Part shown: positions 1 through 13,000 of the stretch, piece after piece | Layout of the letters: each line of letters starts with the position of its first letter | Numbering within the stretch: the stretch's first letter is position 1 | Source: Macrostomum hystrix | Taxonomy: Eukaryota > Animalia > Platyhelminthes | DNA length: 64,000 nt | Direction of reading: 5' to 3' | NCBI GenBank assembly: GCA_950097015.1 | Contig: CATNEN010000025.1 | Span: 9,238,001 to 9,302,000 of the forward strand | Translations under genes and position numbers: made by a program | Notes under the pieces: model-generated | What the model was told of the DNA's origin: nothing | Seen by the model: only the letters and a program-made list of their open reading frames with translations | The model's database searches: none

Positions 1-574
1 ATGATAACGCGATCCCTTTTCAGATTTACCCAGACGCGCAGCATCCCAGATGAGCTCACAAGCTGTGGCAGGAGCGGGCAAAGATTAAAAATGGCTCAAG
101 TTGGTCGGTTTGAGCGGGCCCACGGCGCTCGGGGATCAAATTTCAAAAAGTAGCCGCCGTCCAGCAGGCAGTGGCAGTGGCAGTGTGCGTTCTCGACCGC
201 GCGTGCTGCATTATGCATGCTAAACTGAAAGAGATCGCAGCGCTGTGAGACTGGGCCAACTGAGATAGATGGAGGCCCACAAATAGATACTGGGATTGCA
301 GTGGCGAGAAAGATAAATAGCAGAGAGACGGGATGAGCTCTTCAACATAAGAGGAATCGATAACAAACACATGCCACGGGCTTCAAGGGTGCATTGACAC
401 CTTACTTGTCACAGTGACGAAGCAGGTAATGAGGGCGAAAGCTGAAGTACATTTAAATTATCGGCCCCTCTTCATAGAAAGTGAAAAAATGAAGCTTCGT
501 AAATTTAGACTTGTTGGAAGGAACGGGCTATCAAAAAAGTTAAGTTATGGACCATTGCCATAAAGTGAGTGAAA

Positions 575-885
575 GAGGATTTAACATTTTTACCTCTCGC
601 ACCAAGGTCCCTGAGCTCGATTCCGCGGCGAGGTCCCATTCATTTGGGGCGCAGCCGCGGAGAGAAGGCTTGGTGTGGAATTTACGCCTTTGAGGGCCAA
701 CTTCTAAGAGGACAGATGTACACACAGAAAGTCATGGCAGATGTACACACCTGTGTGAGTGTGTACCTGTGTATAGTATCTGTGTGAGTGTGTAATCAGG
801 AGTCAGCGAAATGGATAGAACTGCCTCCTCGCTGGCTGCAGGTGTCACCAAATGATGTGCCAGAGACCACAGCCCGCCTAAAAAT
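575..885 (+). mobile_element. tRNA-derived SINE family 1 copy
   Basis: Shares the core gagctcgattccgcggcgagg...ttggggcgcagccgcggagagaaggcttgg...gatgtacacacctgtgtgag...gagtcagcgaaatgg with many other copies in the window. Confidence 0.7.
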
Positions 886-1059
886 ACGAGAATTTTTTTT
901 AATAATTTTTATGGCCCATTGTTACTATTTTGTTTAGTTATTCTCCTAACTAGTCCTTTTTCAACAGAAGATTTGCCGCACACAATTGCAATGACTTATC
1001 GATTTATCGATCGGAATCAAATACTCGAATATAAATCACAAGTGCAAATTTTGTTTCAG

Positions 1060-4000
1060 ATTCGCTGCGCAACTTATTGTAGGCATATTCGACTACAAAA
1101 CCATTCTCGATGAGTAAGTGCACGATTGCCTAAGAATGCAAAAAACTGCTTCCTATTTGCTTGCTTGACTAGAAATACAGCAAAGTGGTCCACTTCAAAA
1201 GCGAGGGTTGGCTTCACAAATTTTGCATTGGGAAATCTTTTGATTTGCTAGGAGTGCCGAATTTTTTATGCTCCCGAAGGACAATAGCGATCTGTAGATT
1301 CAGACCCTAACGACTGATACTTACGAGTAATAACTATGATCCCTAGTAACTGTGATCCCTAATAACTGTGATCCCTAATAACTGTGATCCCTAATAACTG
1401 TGATCCCTAATAACTGTGATCCCTAATAACTGTGATCCCTAATAACTGTGATCCCTAATAACTGTGATCCCTAATAACTGTGATCCCTAATAACTGTGAT
1501 CCCTAATAACTATGATCCCTAATAACTGTGATCCCTAATAACTGTGATCCCTAATAACTGTGATCCCTAATAACTGTGATCCCTAATAACTGTGATCCCT
1601 AATAACTGTGATCCTAATAACTGTGATCCCTAATAACTGTGATCCTAATAACTGTGATCCCTAATAACTGTGATCCCTAATAACTGTGATCCCTAATAAC
1701 TGTGATCCCTAATAACTGTGATCCCTAATAACTGTGATCCCTAATAACTGTGATCCCTAGTAACTGTGATCCCTAATTACTGTGAGCCCAAATTACTGAA
1801 ATCCCAAATTACTGAAATTCCTAATTACTGAAATCCCTAATAACTGTGATCCCTAATAACTGTGATCCCTAGTAACTGTGATCCCTAATAACTGTGATCC
1901 CTAATAACTGTGATCCCTAATAACTGTGATCCCTAATAACTGTGATCCCTAATAACTGTGATCCCTAATAACTGTGATCCCTAATAACTGTGATCCCTAA
2001 TAACTGTGATCCCTAATAACTGTGATCCCTAATAACTGTGATCCCTAGTAACTGTGATCCCTAATAACTGTGATCCCTAATAACTGTGATCCCTAATAAC
2101 TGTGATCCCTAATAACTGTGATCCCTAATAACTGTGATCCCTAATTACTGTGATCCCTAATAACTGTGATCCCTAGTAACTGTGATCCCTAATAACTGTG
2201 ATCCCTAATAACTGTGATCCCTAATAACTGTGATCCCTAGTAACTGTGATCCCTAATAACTGTGATCCCTAATAACTGTGATCCCTAATAACTGTGATCC
2301 CTAATAACTGTGATCCCTAATAACTGTGATCCCTAATAACTGTGATCCCTAATAACTGTGATCCCTAGTAACTGTGATCCCTAATAACTGTGATCCCTAA
2401 TAACTGTGATCCCTAATAACTGTGATCCCTAATAACTGTGATCCCTAATAACTGTGATCCCTAATTACTGTGATCCCTAATAACTGTGATCCCTAATAAC
2501 TGTGATCCCTAATAACTGTGATCCCTAATAACTGTGATCCCTAATAACTGTGATCCCTAATAACTGTGATCCCTAATAACTGTGATCCCTAATTACTGTG
2601 ATCCCTAATAACTGTGATCCCTAATAACTGTGATCCCTAATAACTGTGATCCCTAATAACTGTGATCCCTAGTAACTGTGATCCCTAATAACTGTGATCC
2701 CTAATAACTGTGATCCCTAATAACTGTGATCCCTAGTAACTGTGATCCCTAATAACTGTGATCCCTAATAACTGTGATCCCTAATAACTGTGATCCCTAA
2801 TAACTGTGATCCCTAATAACTGTGATCCCTAGTAACTGTGATCCCTAATAACTGTGATCCCTAATAACTGTGATCCCTAATAACTGTGATCCCTAATAAC
2901 TGTGATCCCTAATAACTGTGATCCCTAGTAACTGTGATCCCTAATAACTGTGATCCCTAATAACTGTGATCCCTAATAACTGTGATCCCTAATAACTGTG
3001 ATCCCTAATAACTGTGATCCCTAATAACTGTGATCCCTAATAACTGTGATCCCTAGTAACTGTGATCCCTAATAACTGTGATCCCTAATAACTGTGATCC
3101 CTAGTAACTGTGATCCCTAATAACTGTGATCCCTAATAACTGTGATCCCTAATAACTGTGATCCCTAATAACTGTGATCCCTAGTAACTGTGATCCCTAA
3201 TAACTGTGATCCCTAATAACTGTGATCCCTAATAACTGTGATCCCTAATAACTGTGATCCCTAATAACTGTGATCCCTAATAACTGTGATCCCTAATAAC
3301 TGTGATCCCTAATAACTGTGATCCCTAATAACTGTGATCCCTAATTACTGTGAGCCCAAATTACTGAAATCCCAAATTACTGAAATTCCTAATTACTGAA
3401 ATCCCTAATTACTGAAATCCCTAATTCTGTAATCCCAAATTACTGAAATCCCAAATTACTGAAATCCCTAATTACTGAAATCCCTAATTACTGAAATCCT
3501 TAATTACTGAAATCCCTAATTACTGTGAGCCCAAATTACTGAAATACCTAATTACTGTAATCCCTAATTACTGAAATCCCTAATTACTGTGATCGCTGAG
3601 AACATGGATCCATAAGAATTCGCATCTTACGGCCTAAATATTGAGTACTCAAATCAACTCTGATCCCAAATTCGCTGCCGCAGGCGCAAGCTTCCAGTGG
3701 AGCGAGTGAGTCACCACAAGAAGGGCCAGCCGCTGTGCATGGAGCAGTACTATCGCCTGTTTTCGTCCTACCGCAGGCCCGGCGTTAGCAAAGATCAGCA
3801 GGTGTTAAATCTGGACAGGGATCCATTTGATCCCGAGTACGTCATTGTTGCATGCAACGATCAGGTCTGTTCTTAAATTGTATTTCAGAAGCATATAAAA
3901 TTATCGGATATATGACACACATGCACCAGCAGGTTTATACGCGGGACGAGCGAACACCAGACAATGAAGACAATGGGAGGAAAAAAATTAGCAGAATATC

Positions 4001-7000
4001 ATTCGCAGATAGACAATGTCAGTCGATGGAACTTGAAATGAAAAGTGCAAAACACTTAAGACAAGGAGCGCCGAGGCAAGCTAGCGATACAGGAGAATGT
4101 TTACTCAAAAATGGATTTGCCCTTGGCAAACTCTCTACGGCTTGTCATTGTGAGTAGGAGAGAGAGGCGGAGGCGGAGGCGGAGCAGAATGCGATAGTGT
4201 CTTTACAAAACAGCCATGCAGTCACCATTTTTCCTTTCTAGATCTCCTTTATGGCAAGCGAATCGTAGTTTTTTTGCGAACGATAACACAGCTTTGCGCT
4301 GACTTGATTTGCTTTGAAGTTGGGACTCTGACCCACCTGCAGTGATATTGCATCGAGTAGCTGTTTGCGAGTCTTTTTTTAAGTTACTTTTCATCTCATA
4401 TGAAACTGGGTAATTTTGAGTGCTATCAATAAAATCAGGAAATGTTGCAAGATCGAAAAAAATACACAGGTGATAATCTTTGTTAAAACGCCAAGTACTT
4501 AGAAACAGTAGCTCTACCTGTGCCCCTAAAACTGAGAACAATTGTTCGTTGCGTACCAAGGGTTTGCTGCAGGTCCCAGCCCGTCTGACACTCGCACAAA
4601 GGTACCAAGTTCGAATTCGAGACAAGGCCTCATTAAAAAATATAACTTAGACCTGAAATGATCATCGGTAGGAAATGGTCATCGGAAAGAAATGGTCATC
4701 GGTAGGAAATGGTCATCGGGAGTAAAAATATCATCGGTAGGAAATGGTCATTGATAGGAAATGGTCATCGGGAGGAAATGGTCATCGGGAGGAAATTATA
4801 ATCGGTAGGAAATGGTCATTGGTAGGAAATGGTCATCGAGAGGAAATGGTCATCGGGAGGAAATGATCATCGGTAGGAAATGGTCATTGTTAGGAAATGG
4901 TCATCGGTAGGAAATGGTCATCGGGAGGAAATGGTCATAGGGAGGAAATGGTCATTGGTAGGAAATGGTCATTGGTAGGAAATGGTCATTGGTAGGAAAT
5001 GGTCATTGGTAGGAAATGGTCATTGGTAGGAAACGGTCATCGGGAGGAAATGGTCATCGAGAGGAAATGGTCATCGGTAGGAAATGGTCATCGGTAGGAA
5101 ACGGTCATCGGGAGAAAATGGTCATTGGGAGGAGATGGCCACTGGGGGCTTGTCGTTCAATTTAGACTTATAAGTGCTAACCTCCAGTGCAAGTGTACAC
5201 TGCCTGACGATGAGAAGGTCACGGCTGATGTACACACCTGAGTGAGTGTGTGTGCTCAGGAATTCTGCCGAACAAAGACCATTTATAGATGAAATTATCC
5301 GCTCCTGCAGTTCTACGCGCTCAACGCAATGGCCGGCGGCACCGACATGCTGACCGAGGAAGCCATCTACGGCCAGCTGAGGCGCATTGTGAAGGACGCT
5401 AACGAGTGCGCCGAGTCGGCCAAGCCGCCGCATAGGATCGGTGTGCTCACCTCCATGCGGCGGGACCTGTGGGCCAGAGCCAGGGAGCACCTTGCTCTAG
5501 GTGAGAAAAATCTAGAATTAAAAACTGAATCCCCTAGAAATGAGGATCCAATTGTGTGCGTATCGGAATGCTTCTGTCTTTTATTTGCTCTTTAAAATTG
5601 GTTCTAAATCTCGGTTTCCGTGTGAGACGAAGACGCACACACTCGCAGAACTCATGTGATTAGTACAAATATTGTTACCGAGGATGCCCCGGCAGTACTC
5701 ATACCCTGAGCTGTCAGCTTGCGTGTCAGCAACTTGTGTGTTGGCGGGTGAGATGATATGGTTCGGGGGAACAGGTGAGACAAGGGGAAATCTTCACCTA
5801 AGTATGCTGGGAGAAAAAACATGATTCTACCATAGTCGAACATTCTCAATTGAGCACATAGGTGAAATGGGCAAAATGTGCGTGAGCTCTGGTTGGCAAC
5901 ACCCCCAAACACATGGGAAAACACGGCCCCAAGGACACGTAGTTGGCCGTTCTACACAGACGCGATGCAATATTTAACCGCTGATAAATTATTCATCCCA
6001 CTTCTAACATGCCAGAGAAGACGCGGATTTAGAAGCAAAGTGGAGACTAAATAGTTGAAACTGAGGACACGCGATAGACCAAACTAATAGTTGAAACTGA
6101 GGAGAGAATGAGAGAATGTTTAAACAACTGGAGCGTGTTGCTTTGTTAATATGAAAAGTTCAGCAAAAACTTTTTTGTCTGGCGACGGAACACTGAAGGT
6201 GGAAGAGTTTCAATAGCTACAGTGTGATACCAGCTTATTTAATATGCTCGTATTTAGGTATCATTGTGCCACCATGCAGGTGAGAAGATTAATTACGAAA
6301 TAACAACAAATTTTTAGTTTTTGATTAGGAAAAAATATTATTATTAATGTACGAGTATTTATATATTTTTAGCAATTTTCAAATAGCTCTTCATTACACA
6401 GAGAGGCTGTAGCCTAGTGGTTAGAGCGTCTGACTCATGACTTGAAGGTCGGGGTTCGATTCCCGACTCCACTAAAAACATGATGTCCTTTAGCAAGGAA
6501 CTCAGCTTTACTTAGCTTCAGTTCAGCCAGCTGTTAAATGGGTACTCAGCATTAGCTGGGGTAATTGAGAGTGGTTGTGGCGTCCCCCCAGTCCATGGAC
6601 TGAACAGCCTTACGCAGCTGCGGCTGAGCTGTCGACTGCACATCTAGCCCTATCGGGGGCAGGTGTAAACAATTATTAATTGTAGTTATTCATTACACAA
6701 AGGTATTGTTTTTGTTATTGAAATGCGCACGCCGATTGGGTGCTGATTTTTTGTTTATTTGATGTTGGTAACAAGGCTGTCGATTCGATTTAAAAAAAGG
6801 AAAATTTGTTAATTCTCCACTCCTGGTCCAAATATTAGACGAGAGCAACAGGGCCACCCTGGACTTGATCGAGCGCAGCTGTTTCATCCTGTGCCTGGAC
6901 CGGCCCACGAGCGGCCGAGATTCCACTTCTGAGGAGTCGGAGAACCACGACGATGTCAGGAGGTCGCTGCAGCTGCTGCACGGTATGGGGAGCCGACACA

Positions 7001-10000
7001 ACGCAGCGAATAGGTGGTACGACAAAACTATGCAGGTGCGATCGATACGGAGTATGATGGCTGATGGGCATGAACAAAACTATGCAGGTGCGATCGATAC
7101 GGAGTATGATGGCTGATGGGCATGAACAAAACTATGCAGGTGCGATCGATACGGAGTATGATGGCTGATGGGCATGAACAAAACTATGCAGGTGCGATCG
7201 ATACGGAGTATGATGGCTGATGGGCATGAAATTTTTTAGCGGAATGAAATGCTTATGGGATGAAATTATCATCGTGAAAAATGGTCGTCGGAAAAAATGG
7301 TCATCGGTAATAAAAGGTCATTGGGAGGAAATGGTCATCAGGAAGAAATGGTCATCGGGAGGAAATGGTCATTGGGATGAAACGGTCATCGTCATCGGTA
7401 GAAAATTATTATTGGGAAATAAGATTATCGGGAGGAAATCACGTTTGATGGCAATGAAGCAGTGAAACTAATTCGCAAAACATCGTTATACTTGGCCTAG
7501 AATTATCAATCTCCCAGTCATTTGAGTCCCTACTGTAGGCGGTTCATGCGTCGCTCTGTAATTAGTGAGCGGAGCTCAAAGCCCGCCTGCAAAAGGCCAT
7601 ATATGGCAGCAGGGTCTGCAGTTTCTTCAGAAAACTTTTTCTACCTGCTGCTGCATTCGGCGCGCTCTTCAATTTAGCGCGAGCACGCAAAGACAAGGGG
7701 CAACTTGAGCCTCCTCTCTTTGCTTTTATACTTTTTTCACCTCGGCTTTTCTTTCAATCTTGAATTTCTGCTGGATCTGTCTCGCTCAGATAGTTTCGCG
7801 TGCAAAGCCGTCAGGGTCTTCGTGCCATCCTACATTTCTTTCTGCTTCTGAATTTTTCCGTAACGTCCGCGTCAGTTGGGTTGGAATTCATGGAACTGAA
7901 GTCTCAAACAAAGTCGCCACGAAGGTGTATCTCAATAATGACGAATCCACATATAGAGAACAAAGCTCTTTTTTATTGCACTGCAGTTCGTGATTTCGGC
8001 CGACGGTAACACGGGACTCAACTATGAGCACTCGGTCAGCGAAGGCATTGCCGTCATCAAACTGATTGAGCACATCTTGGCGTACATGTGAGAGCAGGCA
8101 ATCAATTTCTTGGATAATTTCTTTTATTCCTCTATTAATAAGGACACGGCTGACAAGCCATTGGTTAGAAAAACAATTTTTTTATTCACACCTTCATGTT
8201 TACAGACTTCAGCGATCAAATTTAACGGTTGCTAAGGCGGTTGCTAAGCTTTTTAATCTAATCTTGCTAGATATCTGGAAGTGATTAGTCCCATACAGGT
8301 CTCAAAATATCCCTAGGTCTAGCTCAGATTTCACTAGGCTCTCTACGGATCCGCCAACAGGGACGAGATGAAAGCCAAGCGAATGCGCCGCTTCCCGTCC
8401 ATCTGCGAGCTGCCGCATCCGCAGAAACTCCAATGGAACGTTGACTCTAAGACTGAGTCCTTCATTCAGCAAGGACTGGCAGAAATAGACAAGTAAGTCT
8501 TATCGGCATATTTTCCAAGGTTTCATATCCCTAAAATTTTTGGGTCGAGTAGCTTTCGGGATTTGAAATCTGGGGAAGTGAAACGCATGGGCTCAATTTA
8601 CGAGCGTACTTGACCGCCATCTCTCGTTCGACGGCAAACATACTACTTGTAGTATAAAACAAAGTACAGAAGTCTCCTAGTTCACTTCAAACAAGTAGGC
8701 TTAACCAAGTTTCATAAAGTTGTCCTTCTATGGCCGTTGAAAATGGCGTGATTATCGCACCACACCGCACGCAGACTCGTGGACAATCTCGATCTGTACA
8801 TTCTGCGCTTCGATAAGTTCGGACGCGAGTATCCCAAGAAGGCGAACATGAGCCCGGATTCATTTGTGCAGCTGGCTCTGCAACTGGCGCATTACAAGTG
8901 AGTTGCGGCAGTTGCAGTCTGTCATGAAGGTTGTACCTCGTAGCTTAGTGGTTAGAGTGTCGGACTACTTGACGACTTGAAGGTAATGGGTTCGATTTTT
9001 GTGTCCGCTATAACAATCTGTGTCCATTAGCAAGACACTTAGCACTGCATTGCTTCAGTTCACCCAGTGGTTAAATGGGTACTAGCATCAGTTGGGGTAA
9101 TTGAAGGTGGGTGTGGCATCCCCCCAGTCCATGGACTGAACAGCCGTACGCCATCAGATGCGCTGTGGCTGTGCTATCGACTGCACATCTGGTCCAATGG
9201 TTCAGGTGTAATCAATCATTATTAATATTAAATTAACTAGTCTGGTAAGAGGAAAAATTTAACAACACTTATCAAACTATCTAATCTTTGATGAAAAAAC
9301 CTCCAGGGTACACAAGTACCTGGTACCAACGTACGAGAGCGCATCGATTCGTCGCTTTCACCTGGGCCGAGTCGATGTAATACATTCCGCGTCCATGGCT
9401 GCCCTGCACTGGGTCCGCGCTATGGAGGGCGACCTGGAGGCCACGGTGCGTTGCGCTGGGTGGTGGAATGGGTGACACTGAAGAGAATTTGAAGGGCTTG
9501 AAAAGTACAGAAATTTAGAGTTGTAGCATCTTCAATGGTGAAATTCTAGCTCTTTTCTTTTACACGATGAATGAAAATGGAAAACTCCTGTATGGTTATG
9601 CGTGAAATAAGAATTGCATCAATAAGCAGCTACCACCTCAAATTGCTTGTAATTTAACTGCCGATAATTATTATAACTTTTTCAAAAGAGAGCTGTGGGC
9701 CAACACTGTTGTTTGGTAGTCCTTGCTGTCGGCTATGGCACATCATTCTGTGACAGTAGACCCGCAACCATCGAGTGGCCATTCTTGCCATTCCGCTGGC
9801 CGGCTCCTGAGCACATACTCACACAGGTACCGCATGCAGGCACAAATACACACACCTTTATTTGCCAAAACTTTTTCATCATCAGGAAGACTACAATCTG
9901 AGCTGGAAGTATGTACACTTTTGGTGTTTACTGAACGCTATTACTGAACGCTATTTCAGAACTACATGGACCGCTACAGAACTTCTCTTGCTTAGATAAC

Positions 10001-13000
10001 TTTCGTATTGAGCTTTCAATGATGTAAAAAAATAATTCCAAAGTATACGTACAGTTCAAACAGATTCATACCAGTTCACACCAAATAAATGCATTTGCAT
10101 ACTTCTATAGACGACAGAAATTAAATTGTCCTCAGACGGAGCAGAAGCTGCGGCTGCTGCGAGAAGCGATCGAATTCCAGACAGAGCACATGCTAAAGAC
10201 CATCCTAGGCCAGGGGGTGGACAACCACATGCTGGGACTGCGCGTCACGGCCGAGGCATTGCTGGGCGAGTTGCCGGAGCTGTTCACCGACCCTGTGTAC
10301 GTGGAGTGCAATCAGTTCCGTCTGTCCACTAGTCAGGCAAGTGCATATGGCTTTCTGTCATGTAAATTGTAAGCGCTTGAAATGCGCTGACATTGTATGA
10401 CTGTCAACTGGAATGGCCCAACCCAGCGTTCGATCTGGCCGAGCAGTTCGAACCAGCGGTCTATAGCTAAACTCTATCTCCTGCGAACAGTGAAGCTGAG
10501 ACCCAGGAGTCAACAAGTCTAAGCTGCGTGTCAAAAAGGCACAGAGACCGTACTTTGTAAGAGAGAGAATATGCCTAGCCACGACGACTGCCATTGAAGA
10601 AACTAGACTAACCCTAAATATCTAACACAATATATGAGTTTCGCTATAAATAATAAAATTATAATTGATTACACCTGCCCCAATTGGGCCAGATGCGCAG
10701 CCGAAAGCACAGCCGCAGCTGTTTTGCGGCGCATCTGAAGACTGCGTACAGCTGTTCAGTCCATGGACTGGGGACGCCACGCACACCGTCAATTATCCCA
10801 GCTAATGCTGGTACCCATTTAACAGCTGGGTGAACTGAAGCAATACAGAGTTAAGCGAATTGCTAGCCTTCGGAACCAGTGCGTTAATTTCTATATGTTG
10901 CTGTAGGTACTCTTAGAAGATGGCTGCAGAAAATCCTCTCATGTAATCTCTGCTAAAGGAACTACGATAGCATGTGTGGAAACATTTTCAGGTCTCAACC
11001 ACCAGTCCACATGCAGGTTGCAAGTGAAGGAAGGATATCACTCGCACACAACCTAATTAGGACTAATCGGCTGTACACAGTCTGTGGGTTTGACGCCTAA
11101 TTCCCCAGTTCAATGACTAATCGGCTGTACACAGTCTGTGGGTTTGACGCCTAATTCCCCAGTTCAATGACTAATCGGCTGTACACAGTCTGTGGGTTTG
11201 ACGCCTTCCCCAGTTCAATGACTAATCGGCTGTACACAGTCTGTGGGTTTGACGCCTAATTCCCCAGTTCAATGACTAATCGGATGTACACAGTCTGTGG
11301 GTTTGACGCCTAATTCCCCAGTTCAATGACTAATCGGCTGTACACAGTCTGTGGGTTTGACGCCTTCCCCAGTTCAAGGACTAATCGGCTGTACACAGTC
11401 TGTGGGTTTGACGCCTTCCCCAGTTCAAGGACTAATCGGCTGTACACAGTCTGTGGGTTTGACGCCTTCCCCAGTTCAAGGACTAATCGGCTGTACACAG
11501 TCTGTGGGTTTGACGCCTTCCCCAGTTCAAGTACTAATCGGCTGTACACAGTCTGTGGGTTTGACGCCTTCCCCAGTTCAATGACTAATCGGCTGTACAC
11601 AGTCTGTGGGTTTGACGCCTTCCCCAGTTCAAGGACTAATCGGCTGTACACAGTCTGTGGGTTTGACGCCTAATTCCCCAGTTCAATGACTAATCGGCTG
11701 TACACAGTCTGTGGGTTTGACGCCTAATTCCCCAGTTCAATGACTAATCGGCTGTACACAGTCTGTGGGTTTGACGCCTTCCCCAGTTCAATGACTAATC
11801 GGCTGTACACAGTCTGTGGGTTTGACGCCTTCCCCAGTTCAAGGACTAATCGGCTGTACACAGTCTGTGGGTTTGACGCCTTCCCCAGTTCAATGACTAA
11901 TCGGCTGTACACAGTCTGTGGGTTTGACGCCTTCCCCAGTTCAATGACTAATCGGATGTACACAGTCTGTGGGTTTGACGCCTTCCCCAGTTCAATGACT
12001 AATCGGCTGTACACAGTCTGTGGGTTTGACGCCTTCCCCAGTTCAATGACTAATCGGCTGTACACAGTCTGTGGGTTTGACGCCTAATTCCCCAGTTCAA
12101 TGACTAATCGGCTGTACACAGTCTGTGGGTTTGACGCCTTCCCCAGTTCAATGACTAATCGGATGTACACAGTCTGTGGGTTTGACGCCTTCCCCAGTTC
12201 AATGACTAATCGGATGTACACAGTCTGTGGGTTTGACGCCTAATTCCCCAGTTCAATGACTAATCGGCTGTACACAGTCTGTGGGTTTGACGCCTTCCCC
12301 AGTTCAATGACTAATCGGCTGTACACAGTCTGTGGGTTTGACGCCTTCCCCAGTTCAAGGACTACCTTCTTACATGAATCTACAATTCGACTTTCAGTAG
12401 CGATTTAGGATCTTGCAGATAATAATAATAATAATAATAGCTGGAGGGCTGCGAGCAACAGCAGCATCATTAAGTGATACAAGACCCGCAGCCAGCCAGG
12501 AGGCAATTCTGCTCATTTCGTTGACTCCTGAGCAAGTACGCACAGATTATACACAGGCACACACTCACGCAGGTGTGTACATCTGCCCTGACTTTCTCAT
12601 CATCAAGCAGTGTACAATATCACTGTGGCTTGGTGGTAAAGGGCGTAAATTGTACAGCAAGCCCCAAGCGCCTTAAATGAATGTGGCCTCGCCGCGGAAT
12701 CGAACTCAGAGAAATTGGCGCGAGAGGCAAACGCGTTAATCGCTCTGCCACTTCAACACATGCAGGTGTCAACTTCCACTGACTCGCTGATTTGCTACGG
12801 CGCGGTGGTCCCGAACGGCTACGGAGCCGCTTACAACCTGCACGCCCACAGCATCGCCGTCTGCGTCTCATGCTGGCGGGACTGCCCCAACCAGGACGTA
12901 TCAGCGAAACGCTACGCCAAAGCCCTAGCCGACAGCATGGAAGACATGCACGCCATGATAGAGGCCAATCTAGAGCTAGCTAGGGCCAACGACGTCGCCA

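Noticed and set aside
1-470. Possible minus-strand exons nested in the ChAT intron (…AHCHCHCLLDGGYFLKFD…; small exon with a GTAAG donor near 405)
   Set aside because: No recognisable domain and no consistent spliced frame. No VAChT-like sequence is visible here either; it would be expected further upstream.
1327-3595. Regular arrays superficially like CRISPR (also 49085-52645)
   Set aside because: Head-to-tail units with no unique spacers, inside eukaryotic introns, and no cas genes.
5215-5260. CTGACGA…GAAA in SINE family 1 resembling a hammerhead ribozyme core
   Set aside because: There is no stem II between the motifs, and in fuller copies CTGAC pairs with a downstream GTCAG in a simple hairpin.
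6402-6475. tRNA-like sequence (also ~8935-9010, ~43795-43860 and the SINE family 1 heads)
   Set aside because: A and B boxes are present but there is no complete cloverleaf. Each continues into a shared SINE body.
11310-12087. Repetitive ORFs; the same applies to 21008-21898, 35149-36132 and 53303-53890
   Set aside because: Each coincides exactly with a tandem repeat array.
11257-12090. Apparent 414-bp higher-order period of TAA-containing units in the 51/54-bp array
   Set aside because: The TAA spacing repeats, but other diagnostic variants (AAG/AAT) do not follow the same period, so a true higher-order repeat is not supported.
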